DNA of 63,190 nucleotides, filler included, from Octopus bimaculoides (taxonomy: Eukaryota), in the NCBI RefSeq assembly GCF_001194135.2. It is 6 parts of 5 records of this genome, joined end to end, with 100 filler letters (N's around TTAATTAATTAA, not from the genome) between each part and the next. Parts side by side here need not be neighbours in the genome. Positions count along the whole stretch, not along the records: positions 48,826 to 60,824 come from NC_068991.1; positions 60,925 to 63,190 come from NC_068981.1; 4 more parts are not named here. One strand, written 5' to 3'. The notes under the pieces were generated by a model. The model was not told the origin of the DNA and made no database searches. It worked only from the letters and a program-made list of their open reading frames with translations. Positions 53,379 to 63,190 of the stretch are shown piece after piece (the first letter of the stretch is position 1; every line of letters starts with the position of its first letter). The position numbers and the translations under genes were made by a program.

Positions 53379-53580
53379 AGTCGGTGAGCTGGCAGAATCG
53401 TGAGCACGCCGGGCTAAATGCTTAGCCGTATTTCGTCTACCGTTACGTCTTGATTTCAAATTCCGCCGAGGTCGACTTTGCCTTTCCTCCTTTCGAGGTC
53501 GATGAAATAAGTACCAGTTACGCACTGGGGTCGATGTAATCGATTTAATTCATTTGTCTGTCCTTGTCTGTCCCCGTGTG
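53379..53580 (+). mobile_element. SINE family C
   Basis: gagctggcagaatcgtgagcacgccggg...ttcaaattccgccgaggtcgactttgcc; preceded by (ATT)n. Confidence 0.9.
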
Positions 53581-53639
53581 CAGGCCATATCTACTATCGC
53601 TTTATGTTCTTCTACTATTTTTTCCACCCCTCCACCCTT

Positions 53640-54140
53640 GTAGAAAAAGATAAGTAATTCTTCATCTTCAGGGGTGGGGTCGTTTGTTCTAACGTGGGTG
53701 GCACAACTTTGGGACATGCAGACGGCACATCATCGTCCACCTGCAATGACGCGTTCTTCTTTCTTTTTTGCCTTTTCTCCCTGACTTCTGGAGAGTGGAG
53801 CACTTCCGCTTTGTCTGGAGTCTCTCCGCCACCTCCCGAAGCCTTAGGGTCCTTCGGCGGGCAACCATTGTTGCCCGCNNNNNNNNNNATCGACCGCCGG
53901 CAATACCCTTACATTTAAGAGCCTGGGCCCGCTATCCCTCAGGCCTCGTCGGATGGTATCTTCAATCCAACCCGCCTCCGTGCCAGGAGGTAACTCACTT
54001 ACCCAGGCTCTTATTAATTTCCTCCCGCAGTACGACGGGAGGAACAGAATTTCGTTGCCCTCCAAGGGCTGGCTCGCAAATTTGCGAGCCTCCTCCGGGG
54101 TGTCAAACAACAACCATACGGTTGCATGCTTGACACCGCG
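53640..54140 (-). mobile_element. GC-rich coding relic, probably retrotransposon ORF1 (gag-like)
   Basis: ATVWLLFDTPEEARKFASQPLEGNEILFLPSYCGRKLIRAWVSELPPG...; resembles LINE ORF1-type sequences. Clade not assignable by eye. Confidence 0.4.
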
Positions 54141-54479
54141 GGATATGTATCAAGAACTTTCGAGTAAGTTCTAACCGCTACCGTCCTCTCCTGAATATCT
54201 TTTAACCACTGCTGGTTGGGGGCGGGGGCGATAATTTCCCACTATAAGACAGAGTTCTTCTTTTTAAGATTCTTCTCTGCTATATAAAAAAAAAAGTTCA
54301 AAAACAGTTCACAAAACCAATCCACCAAAAACTAATAAAAATAGAAGTAAACAAGATAAAAGAGAAGAGTAAACTGAAATTAAAATAATGAGAAAAAGAA
54401 GAACCGAAATTTAGAAAGAAAGAGAAATGGGAGGAGGGAAAAATAAAAGAAAAAGAAACAATGCACTTCAATAGAACAG

Positions 54480-55260
54480 ACAGGGAATCCTTGGTTCGGT
54501 ATAATACTCCAACCAGGTAAATCCAATAGTCAGGGTTCTTCTCGTTTGTACTCCAGCTTGACATCTTCTTGCCGAATGGCAATTCTCTTCAAATCTCAAT
54601 AACATTTTTTAAAAGGATTCTTGAAGAATGTTACATGCCACATTTCTGTTTTAATTCTAAGGACTGACGGTTACTCGAAACGGATTGCGACTTACTTCTC
54701 CCTCGTTTACTACCGCTTGTGGCTTTCCTCCTTTTGATACAAATTGTATTTTTCCTCAGGTGTTTAGTTTCCACATACCATATTATTACAGCCAAGATAC
54801 AGGACTCTAGGTTATGTATCTGAAATTTGAGGGTTTGCTGTATTCTTAGTTTCCGAGATTGTTTTTCTCACCATCAAGCTAATCAGATGTTGTTTCTAAT
54901 TTTGACTGTATCCTATTAAACTAACTTCCATATATGTCATTGTTCAATATTAAAAGAATAAATGGGATGCGTATTATACCCTACTGCTTTTCCTTTTTGT
55001 TTTTGTAGATTCTCGACTACTTCTGTTCTTATGACTTCCCACGGTAGTTATTCAGAAGCTTTGAGTAACTCTGTTTTCCGTGATTCTTTCACTACCCATT
55101 CCTCGCAGGAAAATTCTACTACCTCTGATACGTTTGATTCCATATTCTTATAGTAACTCCTGGCTAAAATCGTCTTGGGATGAATTCAGACAGCGTTTAG
55201 TTTAAAGAATCATTGCGCCATATTGACAGATTCTTTGAGATCTAACAAGAATCACTCACT
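54480..55260 (-). mobile_element. Second, more degenerate ORF1-like coding relic
   Basis: Broken minus frames (LPWEVIRTEVVENLQKQKGKAVGY...) with many stops. Confidence 0.25.
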
Positions 55261-55756
55261 TCCGTCATACATTGATTCGAGATGCTTCATTTTTGTTATG
55301 TTATTGATTTCATCAACGACTGAGAAATATTTTTCTTATTTTGTATAATTTCCTGTCTATTTCTCTTCCGTGTTGTTTGAGTTTTTGCTATTCTTATTTT
55401 AGCTTATTTTCGAAAGTACCTAATTTCCTTTGTAAATAGCTAGCTCTGACTGCTACATATTTTAATTCATTCAGACTGGTGGTATTGATATTTGTACTTG
55501 TTTTAGTTAAGTCTGTGACGGCTAGGCTCGTGGGGTGTTTTTCTTATTGTTGAGTGTTTTTTTTTTCTTGTCGTAGTATTTTATCCTTTGGAGTTACCTT
55601 TTTGACTCATAGTAGGATCTAACGTTTAAATTCTTGTATTATTTGCAGCTTTGCATAAGATTTTATTTTAGGATTTCATATTCTTAAATATTCTTTACAT
55701 TCCTTTTCATTCATATTTCTGTAGTTCTGGTGTTTCGATTTGTTGTATCTTATTGC

Positions 55757-55870
55757 TGACAGAATCGTTAGCATGATGACGGCGGAATTTGAACTCAGAC
55801 CGTAAAGACAGACGAAATACCGCTAAGCATTTCGCCCGGCCCGCTAACGATTCTGCCAGCTTGTCGTCCT
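55757..55870 (-). mobile_element. SINE family C 5' fragment with a small inverted head duplication
   Basis: cagaatcgttagc at 55759 is the reverse complement of gctaacgattctg near 55845; between them ggcggaatttgaactcagaccgtaaagacagacgaaataccgc. Confidence 0.75.
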
Positions 55871-56015
55871 AATTGTTGTAAATATTAAAAAAACGTTAAC
55901 ATTTTGGCCGAAAATATACCATGGTACAAAATAAGTTTAACAACACGACACTCCTACATGCGTACAAGCATGCATGCATACATATATTACCTAAATACGT
56001 ACATACATACATACA

Positions 56016-56049
<34 letters not shown>

Positions 56050-56649
56050 CGCTTCACTTCACAAGAGCTAGGAATCCTAGACCCGAGTCATGTAGTGTAT
56101 TGCGAAAAAAAAGGGCTTGATTATCTGCTAGAATTGAGACAGCAAATGTCAACCAAAGGATTGTTTACCCAGGTGAACTGAAAGGCGAAAATCAAGTAAA
56201 AGCGACGTTACAGGGATTGTAACATTTGAGACCGCGAAAAACAGATCATGTTCATTCTCAGAAGCTAACCAAGGAGGCTGGAATCGCATCACGCAGTAAG
56301 ACTAAGGATGAGGTAAAGGGATGAGAATCTAACTACAACAATAACGAACACAGGTGGTGGACCCCCATCCCTGATTCTGAAGTGTGTATCACTCCATCCG
56401 AGTGTGAGGGCAGAAAAGTGAGGGGACGAGGGAAGCTGAAATGAATCAGAAGGGAAGACAAAACAAGTAAAATCCCTGCGAAAGAGAGAAAAAAATACAA
56501 GAGGCAATTAAAAACAGCAAATCAGACATGGAGGTTACAGTAAAAGTCTGAGGCGCTGCGCGGTCAGTCTTTACGGACCCCGAATCATGTTATGTGATTG
56601 AGCGTAGTGAGCATGTAAATGATACGACTATGTCAATAGATATCACATG

Positions 56650-56690
<41 letters not shown>

Positions 56691-57073
56691 ACACACACAC
56701 ACACACACACAATGAGAATGTGGTGAAAAACGTACAAATCAGCTGTGACTGTCTGCACTGCCCCAAAATTAAAGGATTATTATAAGCAGGAAACGCTGTG
56801 CAAACATAGCTCCCTACTGTTCTTGTTTGGCTGAAGGTCAAACCTTATCGAGTCGGCTTATCATGAAAAGCATTTGTAACGTAATCACTCCAGCTTTTAA
56901 AGAGTATATTGGACTATATCATACACTGCAAATAATGGCCAAGTATCATTTGAGAGAGATTTGATAGTTATTTCTTTCTAGCGGCCGACTGATTGTATAA
57001 AAGTTTCCGTGGTTTATAAAGTGACACCTTACCAGAAAACATATTCATACACACATGAGAATGTAAGAATATA

Positions 57074-57500
57074 GGCGCAAGAGTGACTGCGTGGTAAGTA
57101 ACTTGCTTAGCGTACCAACCACATGGTTCCGGGTTCAGTCCCACTGCGTGGCACCTTAGGCAAGTGTCTTCTACTATAGCCTCGGGCCGACCAAAGACTT
57201 GTGAGTGGATTTGGTAGACGGAAACTGAAAGAAGTCCGTCGTATATATGTATATATGTGTGTATGTATGTGTGTATGTATGTGTGTGTATATGTTTGTGT
57301 GTCTGTTTTGTCCCCCCTCCACCATCGCTTGACAACCGATGCTGGTGTGTTTACGTCCCCGTAACTTAACGGTTCGGCAAAAGAGACCGATAGAATAAGT
57401 ACTAGGCTTACAAAGAATAAGTCCTGGGCTCGATTTGCCTCGACTAAAGGCGGTGCTCCAGCATGGCCGCAGTCAAATGACTGAAACAAGTAAAAGAGAA
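57074..57500 (+). mobile_element. SINE family A, full length, near consensus
   Basis: ggcgcaagagtgactgcgtggtaag...ggttcagtcccactgcgtggcacc...(TG)n...ccgcagtcaaatgactgaaacaagtaaaagag. Confidence 0.92.
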
Positions 57501-57545
<45 letters not shown>

Positions 57546-57560
57546 CACAAGTGCACTCGG

Positions 57561-58175
57561 CCAACCTTTTGAGTTACGCCGATGACGCAAAAGTATCGAT
57601 GACTATCCAAACTCCACAAGATGCTGTCACACCCCAAAATGTGCTAAACTTCCATTTATCAATGGGAAAATAAAAAACAATATGAAATTTCGTACATCAA
57701 AATCTTAGGTTCTCCATCTTGGAAGGAATTGACATCGATCACGTTATTTCACACTAGAAAACACAATGAATCGGAGTGCTAATGGCATACGTAACTTACG
57801 TGTAACCATAGCAAATTGTGCACCTTTCACCAGCCACATCACGAAACGGACGTCTGAATGCAGACATCTCATAGGATGGATCCTACGGACCTTCGTGACA
57901 AAAGAACTGGTAATTATGCTAACACTTTGGAAAATCCTAGTTGTGGGCAGATTAGATTACTACTCATCGCTTTTGTCTCCTCACTCATCCGTTCTCATAG
58001 AAAATACTGAAGGTTAACAAAAAAACAAAAAAAAATACCTGGGAAATATTTGCGGTTAAAAGCCTTAATTACTGGAAATGGCTGAAAGCTTTTCATCTCG
58101 GATCTCTTGATCGCCGAATGGAGAGATATACTATCATATACACATGGAAAATCCTGCAGGGGCACGTTGCAAAAT
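57561..58175 (+). mobile_element. CR1/L2/Jockey-group LINE reverse transcriptase C-terminal relic
   Basis: LLSYADDAKV (YADD at 57575-57586), LIGWILRTFVTKELVIMLTLWKILVVGRLDY and RRMERYTIIYTWKILQG; frameshifted. Confidence 0.75.
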
Positions 58176-58746
58176 TTGGCATTAAAGAGATATTTAATGC
58201 AGATATTTAACCCGGAACTGACAGACACTGTCATTTCTCAATATATTTCTCCTTTGAAATCCCGAACAAATACACTCTTTTGTACCATTCTGATATTTAG
58301 GGGTCGTTAACTGTTCAAGTGTTTACCTAAAGAAATCAGAAATATAAAGGGAGCCTCTTTTGAAACATTTAAAAAAACAAGCATTGAATAAACCCCTAAC
58401 ATTGGAAAAATCCCTGCTATAAAGCGGCGAAAAACTGACAGACAAGTTATGGTGGTGCTTCAGCATCGCCGCAAACTTAGAGTAAAATAAGAACACACAC
58501 ACGCACACATAATGAAAGAACACATACACCACTCATGATAAAAGAACAGGCAAACCAACATATGTGTGTGTGTTTCTATTTATCCTCACAACCGCCTCAC
58601 AACCGGTGTTGTTTTGTTTATTTCCTCCTAAATTGAAGGTTCGACAAAAAAGACACATATTATAAATAACAGGTTTTAAACATGATTACCAGGTTCGACT
58701 CGTCCGACTAAATCACTTTAAGAAGGTGCCAGAGCATAGCTGCAGC

Positions 58747-58778
<32 letters not shown>

Positions 58779-59232
58779 GTACACACACACACGTACACAC
58801 ACAAGCACACACACGCACACACGCAAGCACACGCACATGCACACACACAAACACCCGCACGCACTCGTGTACAAAAGCACACCCGTATAGACACATTTAT
58901 GAATATACACGTATATACAGTGAGAAAAAACGTAGAATAACAGAGTAATAGAGAGAGAGGGAGAGAGAGAGAGAGAGAGGCAGAGGGAGGGAGTGAGTTT
59001 GGAATAAATAAATAAATAAAGAGAGAAAGAAAGAAAGGGAGAGATACATGTAGCAATTACACGTATGAATAACACCACTGGACGTATTTCTTCAGCCAAA
59101 CCGATCTTGACTAATTAATATCACGGATGTCCAGCGAATTCGAACTAAGTAAAGAGATAGGTTGAATTCCGTATACACCAATATCAAAGTAAGTAATAGA
59201 TATACTCATCTTTTAATATAAATATATGTGTA

Positions 59233-59530
59233 AGGCAATGAGCAAGCAGACTCGTTAGGCTGCCAGAGGAAATGATTAGCGGCATTTCATAATTACATTA
59301 TTTCCACTGGACGGATACGTGTCCTCATTTTGTTTGTTATTACCACAACAATTCGGCTGATTTTCTCTCCAGCCTTCATCAGGTGTCCTGGTAGAATTTC
59401 GAACCCAACTCAGGGTTCTCACTCTGAATTCAAATTCCGCCGAGGTCGATAAAAAAAGTATCCGTTAGGAGTCGATGTTATCGACTTACCTTACTCCCCA
59501 GAATTGTTGACCTTGGACCAAAATCTGAAA
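59233..59530 (+). mobile_element. SINE family C interrupted at 59291-59424 by an F6 fragment
   Basis: gaaatgattagcggcatttc | insertion | tgaattcaaattccgccgaggtcgat. Confidence 0.7.
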
Positions 59531-59601
59531 ACAGTATAAAAAATTCCATTATTTATGTTATTTACAGTGGACGGATGTGTGTCCTCTGTTTGTTTATTGT
59601 T

Positions 59602-59647
59602 ACCACAACTTTTCGGCTGATTTATCCTCCAGCCTTCATCAGATGTC
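59602..59647 (-). ncRNA. Hammerhead-like motif F6 (core intact, helix III palindrome broken)
   Basis: GACAU-CUGAUGA-A-GGCUG[10 nt]CAGCC-GAAAA-GUU-GUGG. Confidence 0.5.
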
Positions 59648-59707
59648 TTGATAGAATTTTGAACCCATCCCTGGGTTCTCATTCGTAACGTACCTTTGTA
59701 CTGATGC

Positions 59708-59708
<1 letters not shown>

Positions 59709-59741
<33 letters not shown>

Positions 59742-59820
59742 TATTGAAGGCACTGCCTGGAATTGAACTCGCAATCTTGGAGTTAGTAGCCCGCGCTCTT
59801 AAGCATTACGCTACATGCCC
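59709..59820 (-). mobile_element. Short tRNA-head-only SINE or tRNA pseudogene with (AAT)n tail
   Basis: GGGCATGTAGCGTAATGCTTAAGAGCGCGGGCTACTAACTCCAAGATTGCGAGTTCAATTCCAGGCAGTG has A/B boxes but no full cloverleaf; tail (AAT)n. Confidence 0.65.
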
Positions 59821-59910
59821 ATATAACACGCTGTACACGATATGTGTCCTCATCTTGTTTGGTGTTACCTTAGGAGTGAGAACCCTGAGTTGGGTTCGAA
59901 ATTCTACCAG

Positions 59911-59956
59911 GACACCTGATGAAGGCTGGAGAGAAAATCAGCCGAATTGTTGTGGT
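59911..59956 (+). ncRNA. Hammerhead-like motif F6, decayed (GAAAC to GAAUU); identical twin at 59342-59387 (-)
   Basis: GACAC-CUGAUGA-A-GGCUG[10 nt]CAGCC-GAAUU-GUU-GUGGU. Confidence 0.5.
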
Positions 59957-60077
59957 AATAACAAACAAAATGAGGACACGTATCCGTCCAGTGGAAATAA
60001 TGTAATTAATGTATAGAATTCCTCATCTCAAAAATATAGAACAGGAATATAAAAATATGCGTGTGTCTGTCTGTCTC

Positions 60078-60123
<46 letters not shown>

Positions 60124-60334
60124 ACTCTCTCTGTCATTTAAAAAGTGTGTATGGCCTTAGCAAAATTGGAAAGGTATGTTCGTGCTGCTCATTCAAGCGA
60201 TGGCATTGATCGCTCAAAACCGAGTGACATCAATAACTTATTGAACGACGCCAACTGTGTGTTTAACAACTGTAGACGTTTGACGGCCATCCTATCGTTT
60301 TCACAGAATCTTAGTGATACAGTCTCTAGCCCTG

Positions 60335-60373
<39 letters not shown>

Positions 60374-60390
60374 NNNNNNNNNNNNNNNNN

Positions 60391-60434
<44 letters not shown>

Positions 60435-60664
60435 AGAAAGAGAAAGAGAGAAGAGTGTTATTCATGGGACTGCGGGCGTGGGCGTGGGTTTGTCTGTGTC
60501 TATGTAAACAAGTCTTAATCGATTTTCGACGTTATTAGGTTTCAGCAAATTGTCTACGTATCCTGAACAATTCTAGAGAAATAAGTTGCCACATAGACAC
60601 ATCACATTTGGAGCTTTACAGAACTGGAGCTACTAATTTGTATACTATAAGTATTCAGTCCTTT

Positions 60665-61150
60665 AGTTGTGTTGTGAGAAACCTGTTTCCCAATCACATG
60701 GTTCCGAGTTCATTCCCACTGCGTGGCATCTTTTGCGAACCTCTTCTACTATAGCCTCGGACCGACCGAAGACTTGTGAGTGCATTTCGTAGACCGAAGC
60801 AGAGAGAATCCCCTCGTATATATANNNNNNNNNNNNNNNNNNNNNNNNNNNNNNNNNNNNNNNNNNNNTTAATTAATTAANNNNNNNNNNNNNNNNNNNN
60901 NNNNNNNNNNNNNNNNNNNNNNNNATATATATGTATGTATATGTTTGTGTATCTGTGTTTATCCCCCAATATCGCTTGGCAACCGATGCTGGTGTGTTTA
61001 CGTCCCCGTTACTTAGCGGTTCGGCAAGAGAGACCGATAAAATAAGTACTAGGCTTATAAAGAATAAGTCTTGGGGTCGATTTGCTCGACTAAAGGCGGT
61101 GCTCCAGCATGGCCGCAGTCAAATAACTGAAACAAATAAAAGAATAAAAG
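60665..61150 (+). mobile_element. SINE family A spanning a scaffold linker (halves may be different copies)
   Basis: Head 60665-60820, tail 60960-61150. Confidence 0.75.
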
Positions 61151-61894
61151 AAAGAAAGAACACATTTCTACGTTTTATAGTTACTTCCTTATGCTTGTCT
61201 GACTCTGTGTATCATTATTCTGTTTCCTCTTTGCCTCATAATCCTACTCGTATTCTGTCAAAGTGTTGGACAACCACTATGCTGATGACACTTTTGGGGG
61301 CAGAAACGTGTATTTTGGACTATCCTCTTATCTCCAGACAAAATGCCCGTCCTTTTCCTTAACGGTATGGCAGATATGCGTAATGATTGATTCATAAGTT
61401 TACTTCCTCTTCTTCATATAGGGCAAGTCACAGTTACATCATGGCAAATATAACATCCTCTAGAGATGAGATAATTCTAATAAATGAAGAATTTATGTTG
61501 TATGGCATTTGATATATCTGTACTTGTCACTGTTTTTTAGATAAATACCACTTGTCACTCTGAGTTATTTCTCTTAGCTCTTTTCGTTTGCGCGTGCGCA
61601 TGCGCAAACAGACATATACACACACGCATACATACACACACACATATATTAGTAATGCTCGCTTGCAATTGACAACCACAGTTTTGATTTATATCTATAC
61701 ACAATCAGACGTACACAATCACACCATGCGCCATAAATATGTATAAGCAAGTGTGTGGTTGTGTGTGCGTCAACGTGTGCATGCGTGTGTGCTGTTATGG
61801 TTACTGTAAGGAAAAAAAACGCTTTACTTACATCGACCAGACATAAGCCCCGGTAAAAATTGGGATTGGACTAGAAAATGTATGTATGTATGTA

Positions 61895-61958
<64 letters not shown>

Positions 61959-62043
61959 TATGTATGTAGCTAGCCTAGCTGAATGCCAATATTATTCTAT
62001 ATCGTTTTGACCGATTTTTTTGTCTGGCATTCGGCTTGGCTAG

Positions 62044-62089
62044 CTGCCGCTGATGATCCGTGATACGGTGAAATCTCGTGATACGGTAG
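62044..62089 (+). ncRNA. Minimal hammerhead ribozyme F4 copy 1
   Basis: CUGCCG-CUGAUGA-U-CCG[UGAUA]CGG-U-GAAA-UC[UCGU]GA-UA-CGGUAG: 6-bp stem I, AUA site after 62083. Confidence 0.65.
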
Positions 62090-62198
62090 TGCCATCTCCT
62101 GCTGTACAGATGGAATTTCTTCAGTTGATAATAGAATTTTGATGCTTTTTAGCATTTGTTGTCAGCACTAAATTATTTTGGGGGATGTGTACAGCAGT

Positions 62199-62610
62199 AT
62201 TCTCTTTTACTCTTTTACTTGTTTCAGTCACTTGACTGTGGCCATGCTGGAGTACCGCATTTAGTTGAGCAAATCGACCCCAGGACTTATTCTTTGTAAG
62301 CCTAGTACTTATTCTATTGGTATCTTTTGCCGAACCGCTAAGTTACGGGGGCATAAACACTCCAGCATCGGTTGTCAAGCGATGTTGGGGGGACAGACAC
62401 AGACACACAAACATACACAAACATACATATATATATATACATATATACGATGGGCTTCTTCTAGCTTTCGTCTACCAAATCCACTCATAAGGCTTTGTTA
62501 GGCTCGAGACTATAGTAGAAGACACTTGCCCAAGATGCCACACAGTGGGACTGAACCCAGAACCATGTGGTTCGTAAGCAGGCTATTTACCACACAGCTA
62601 CTCCTGCGCC
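62199..62610 (-). mobile_element. SINE family A, full length, inserted in the F4 tandem
   Basis: tttcagtcacttgactgtggcc...ccacacagctactcctgcgcc. Confidence 0.92.
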
Positions 62611-62777
62611 CATAAGGCGTTATAAACAACATTCAAGTTGGGTTGGATGTTGCGAAAACTGCAACACTCGATAATAGCTTACACAACCCGCCAAGTTTTC
62701 TCGGCACTACTGGCTGTTTGGCCAGTATTATTCGGCCTCGGTTGACTGGTTTTCTGTCTGGTATTTGGATTAGTTAG

Positions 62778-62823
62778 CTGTCGCTGATGATCCGCGATAC
62801 GGTGAAATCACGTGGAACAGTAG
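62778..62823 (+). ncRNA. Hammerhead F4 copy 2, cleavage triplet decayed
   Basis: CUGUCG-CUGAUGA-U-CCG[CGAUA]CGG-U-GAAA-UCACGUG-GAA-CAGUAG. Confidence 0.5.
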
Positions 62824-62983
62824 TGCCATCTACCAGTATACTGATGAAATTTCGTCTGTCGGTAAAAGAATTTCGATGCTTTATAGCATCTGTCGTCTAC
62901 CTACGCGAAATGATTTTTCGGGACGTTTACAGCAGATTAAGGTGATATAAACACATTAATGCTTGGTCAGATGGGATTCTTCT

Positions 62984-63190
62984 TCTTCTTCTTCTTCTTC
63001 TTCTTCTTCTTCTTCTTCTTCTTCTTCTTCTTCTTCTTCTTCTTCTTCTTCTTCTTCTTCTTCTTCTTCTTCTTCTTTTATTATTATTATTATCATTATT
63101 GTTCAGTAATTTTATTTTTATAACGTGCTTTCACTTCACTACCGAGCGCAGCTCTGTGCGCCTTGGGTATGTGCTGTGGTTTGCTGTAGT
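62984..63190 (-). mobile_element. R4/Dong-type LINE 3' UTR with (AAT)n-(AAG)n tail (runs off the window)
   Basis: 63100-63190 is a near-exact reverse complement of 53195-53280. Confidence 0.85.

Larger units (their letters stand above)
59291..60007. repeat. Perfect 134-bp inverted repeat (59291-59424 / 59874-60007) of PLE-associated family F6
   Basis: Checked base by base as exact reverse complements; a third, diverged F6 copy lies at 59548-59686 (-). Confidence 0.9.
61975..62980 (+). repeat. Diverged tandem of ~320-bp HHR-bearing units (family F4; retrozyme- or PLE-like), unit 1 split by a SINE
   Basis: HHR cores at 62050 and 62784 are 734 bp apart, about 320 bp after removing the ~412-bp SINE. 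Homology continues on both sides of the SINE (tacagcag | cataaggcgttataaacaacatt vs tacagcagattaaggtgatataaacacatt). Confidence 0.7.

Noticed and set aside
61283-61320. CUGAUGA...GAAACGUGUA
   Set aside because: No convincing stem I or stem II; at most a heavily decayed relic.
62841-62878. Second CUGAUGA with a hairpin inside F4 unit 2
   Set aside because: The hairpin uses G8/A9 and is followed by GAUG, not GAAA; unit 1 has CAGAUGG at the same place.

Overview
AT-rich, non-coding eukaryotic DNA with many N gaps, dense microsatellites and no complete protein-coding gene I can support. The repeat content resembles Octopus repeats (probably O. bimaculoides; inferred from recognition, not a search). 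It includes three tRNA-derived SINE groups, 3' fragments of R4/Dong- and HERO-type RLE LINEs, a CR1/L2-group RT relic, a mariner relic and a mariner MITE. Almost all listed ORFs are microsatellite or N artefacts. The main signal is a set of minimal type-I hammerhead ribozyme (HHR) motifs with palindromic helix III, about 11 copies in about 6 repeat families. This design is known from Penelope-like elements (PLEs) and metazoan retrozymes. Two copies (39977-40017 and 37614-37669, both minus) have intact catalytic cores. One family carries U at the normally invariant A6 in all three copies. One family forms a retrozyme-like tandem of ~320-bp units (61975-62980), later split by a SINE. Several HHR repeats lie in inverted or fold-back arrangements, including a perfect 134-bp inverted duplication. 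A CpG/ETS-rich segment near 41.3-41.6 kb may be a promoter and first exon on the minus strand (unproven). TTAATTAATTAA inside five 100-bp gaps is a scaffolding linker, so adjacency across those points is not sequence-supported. All folds and alignments were done by eye, and repeat boundaries are approximate.
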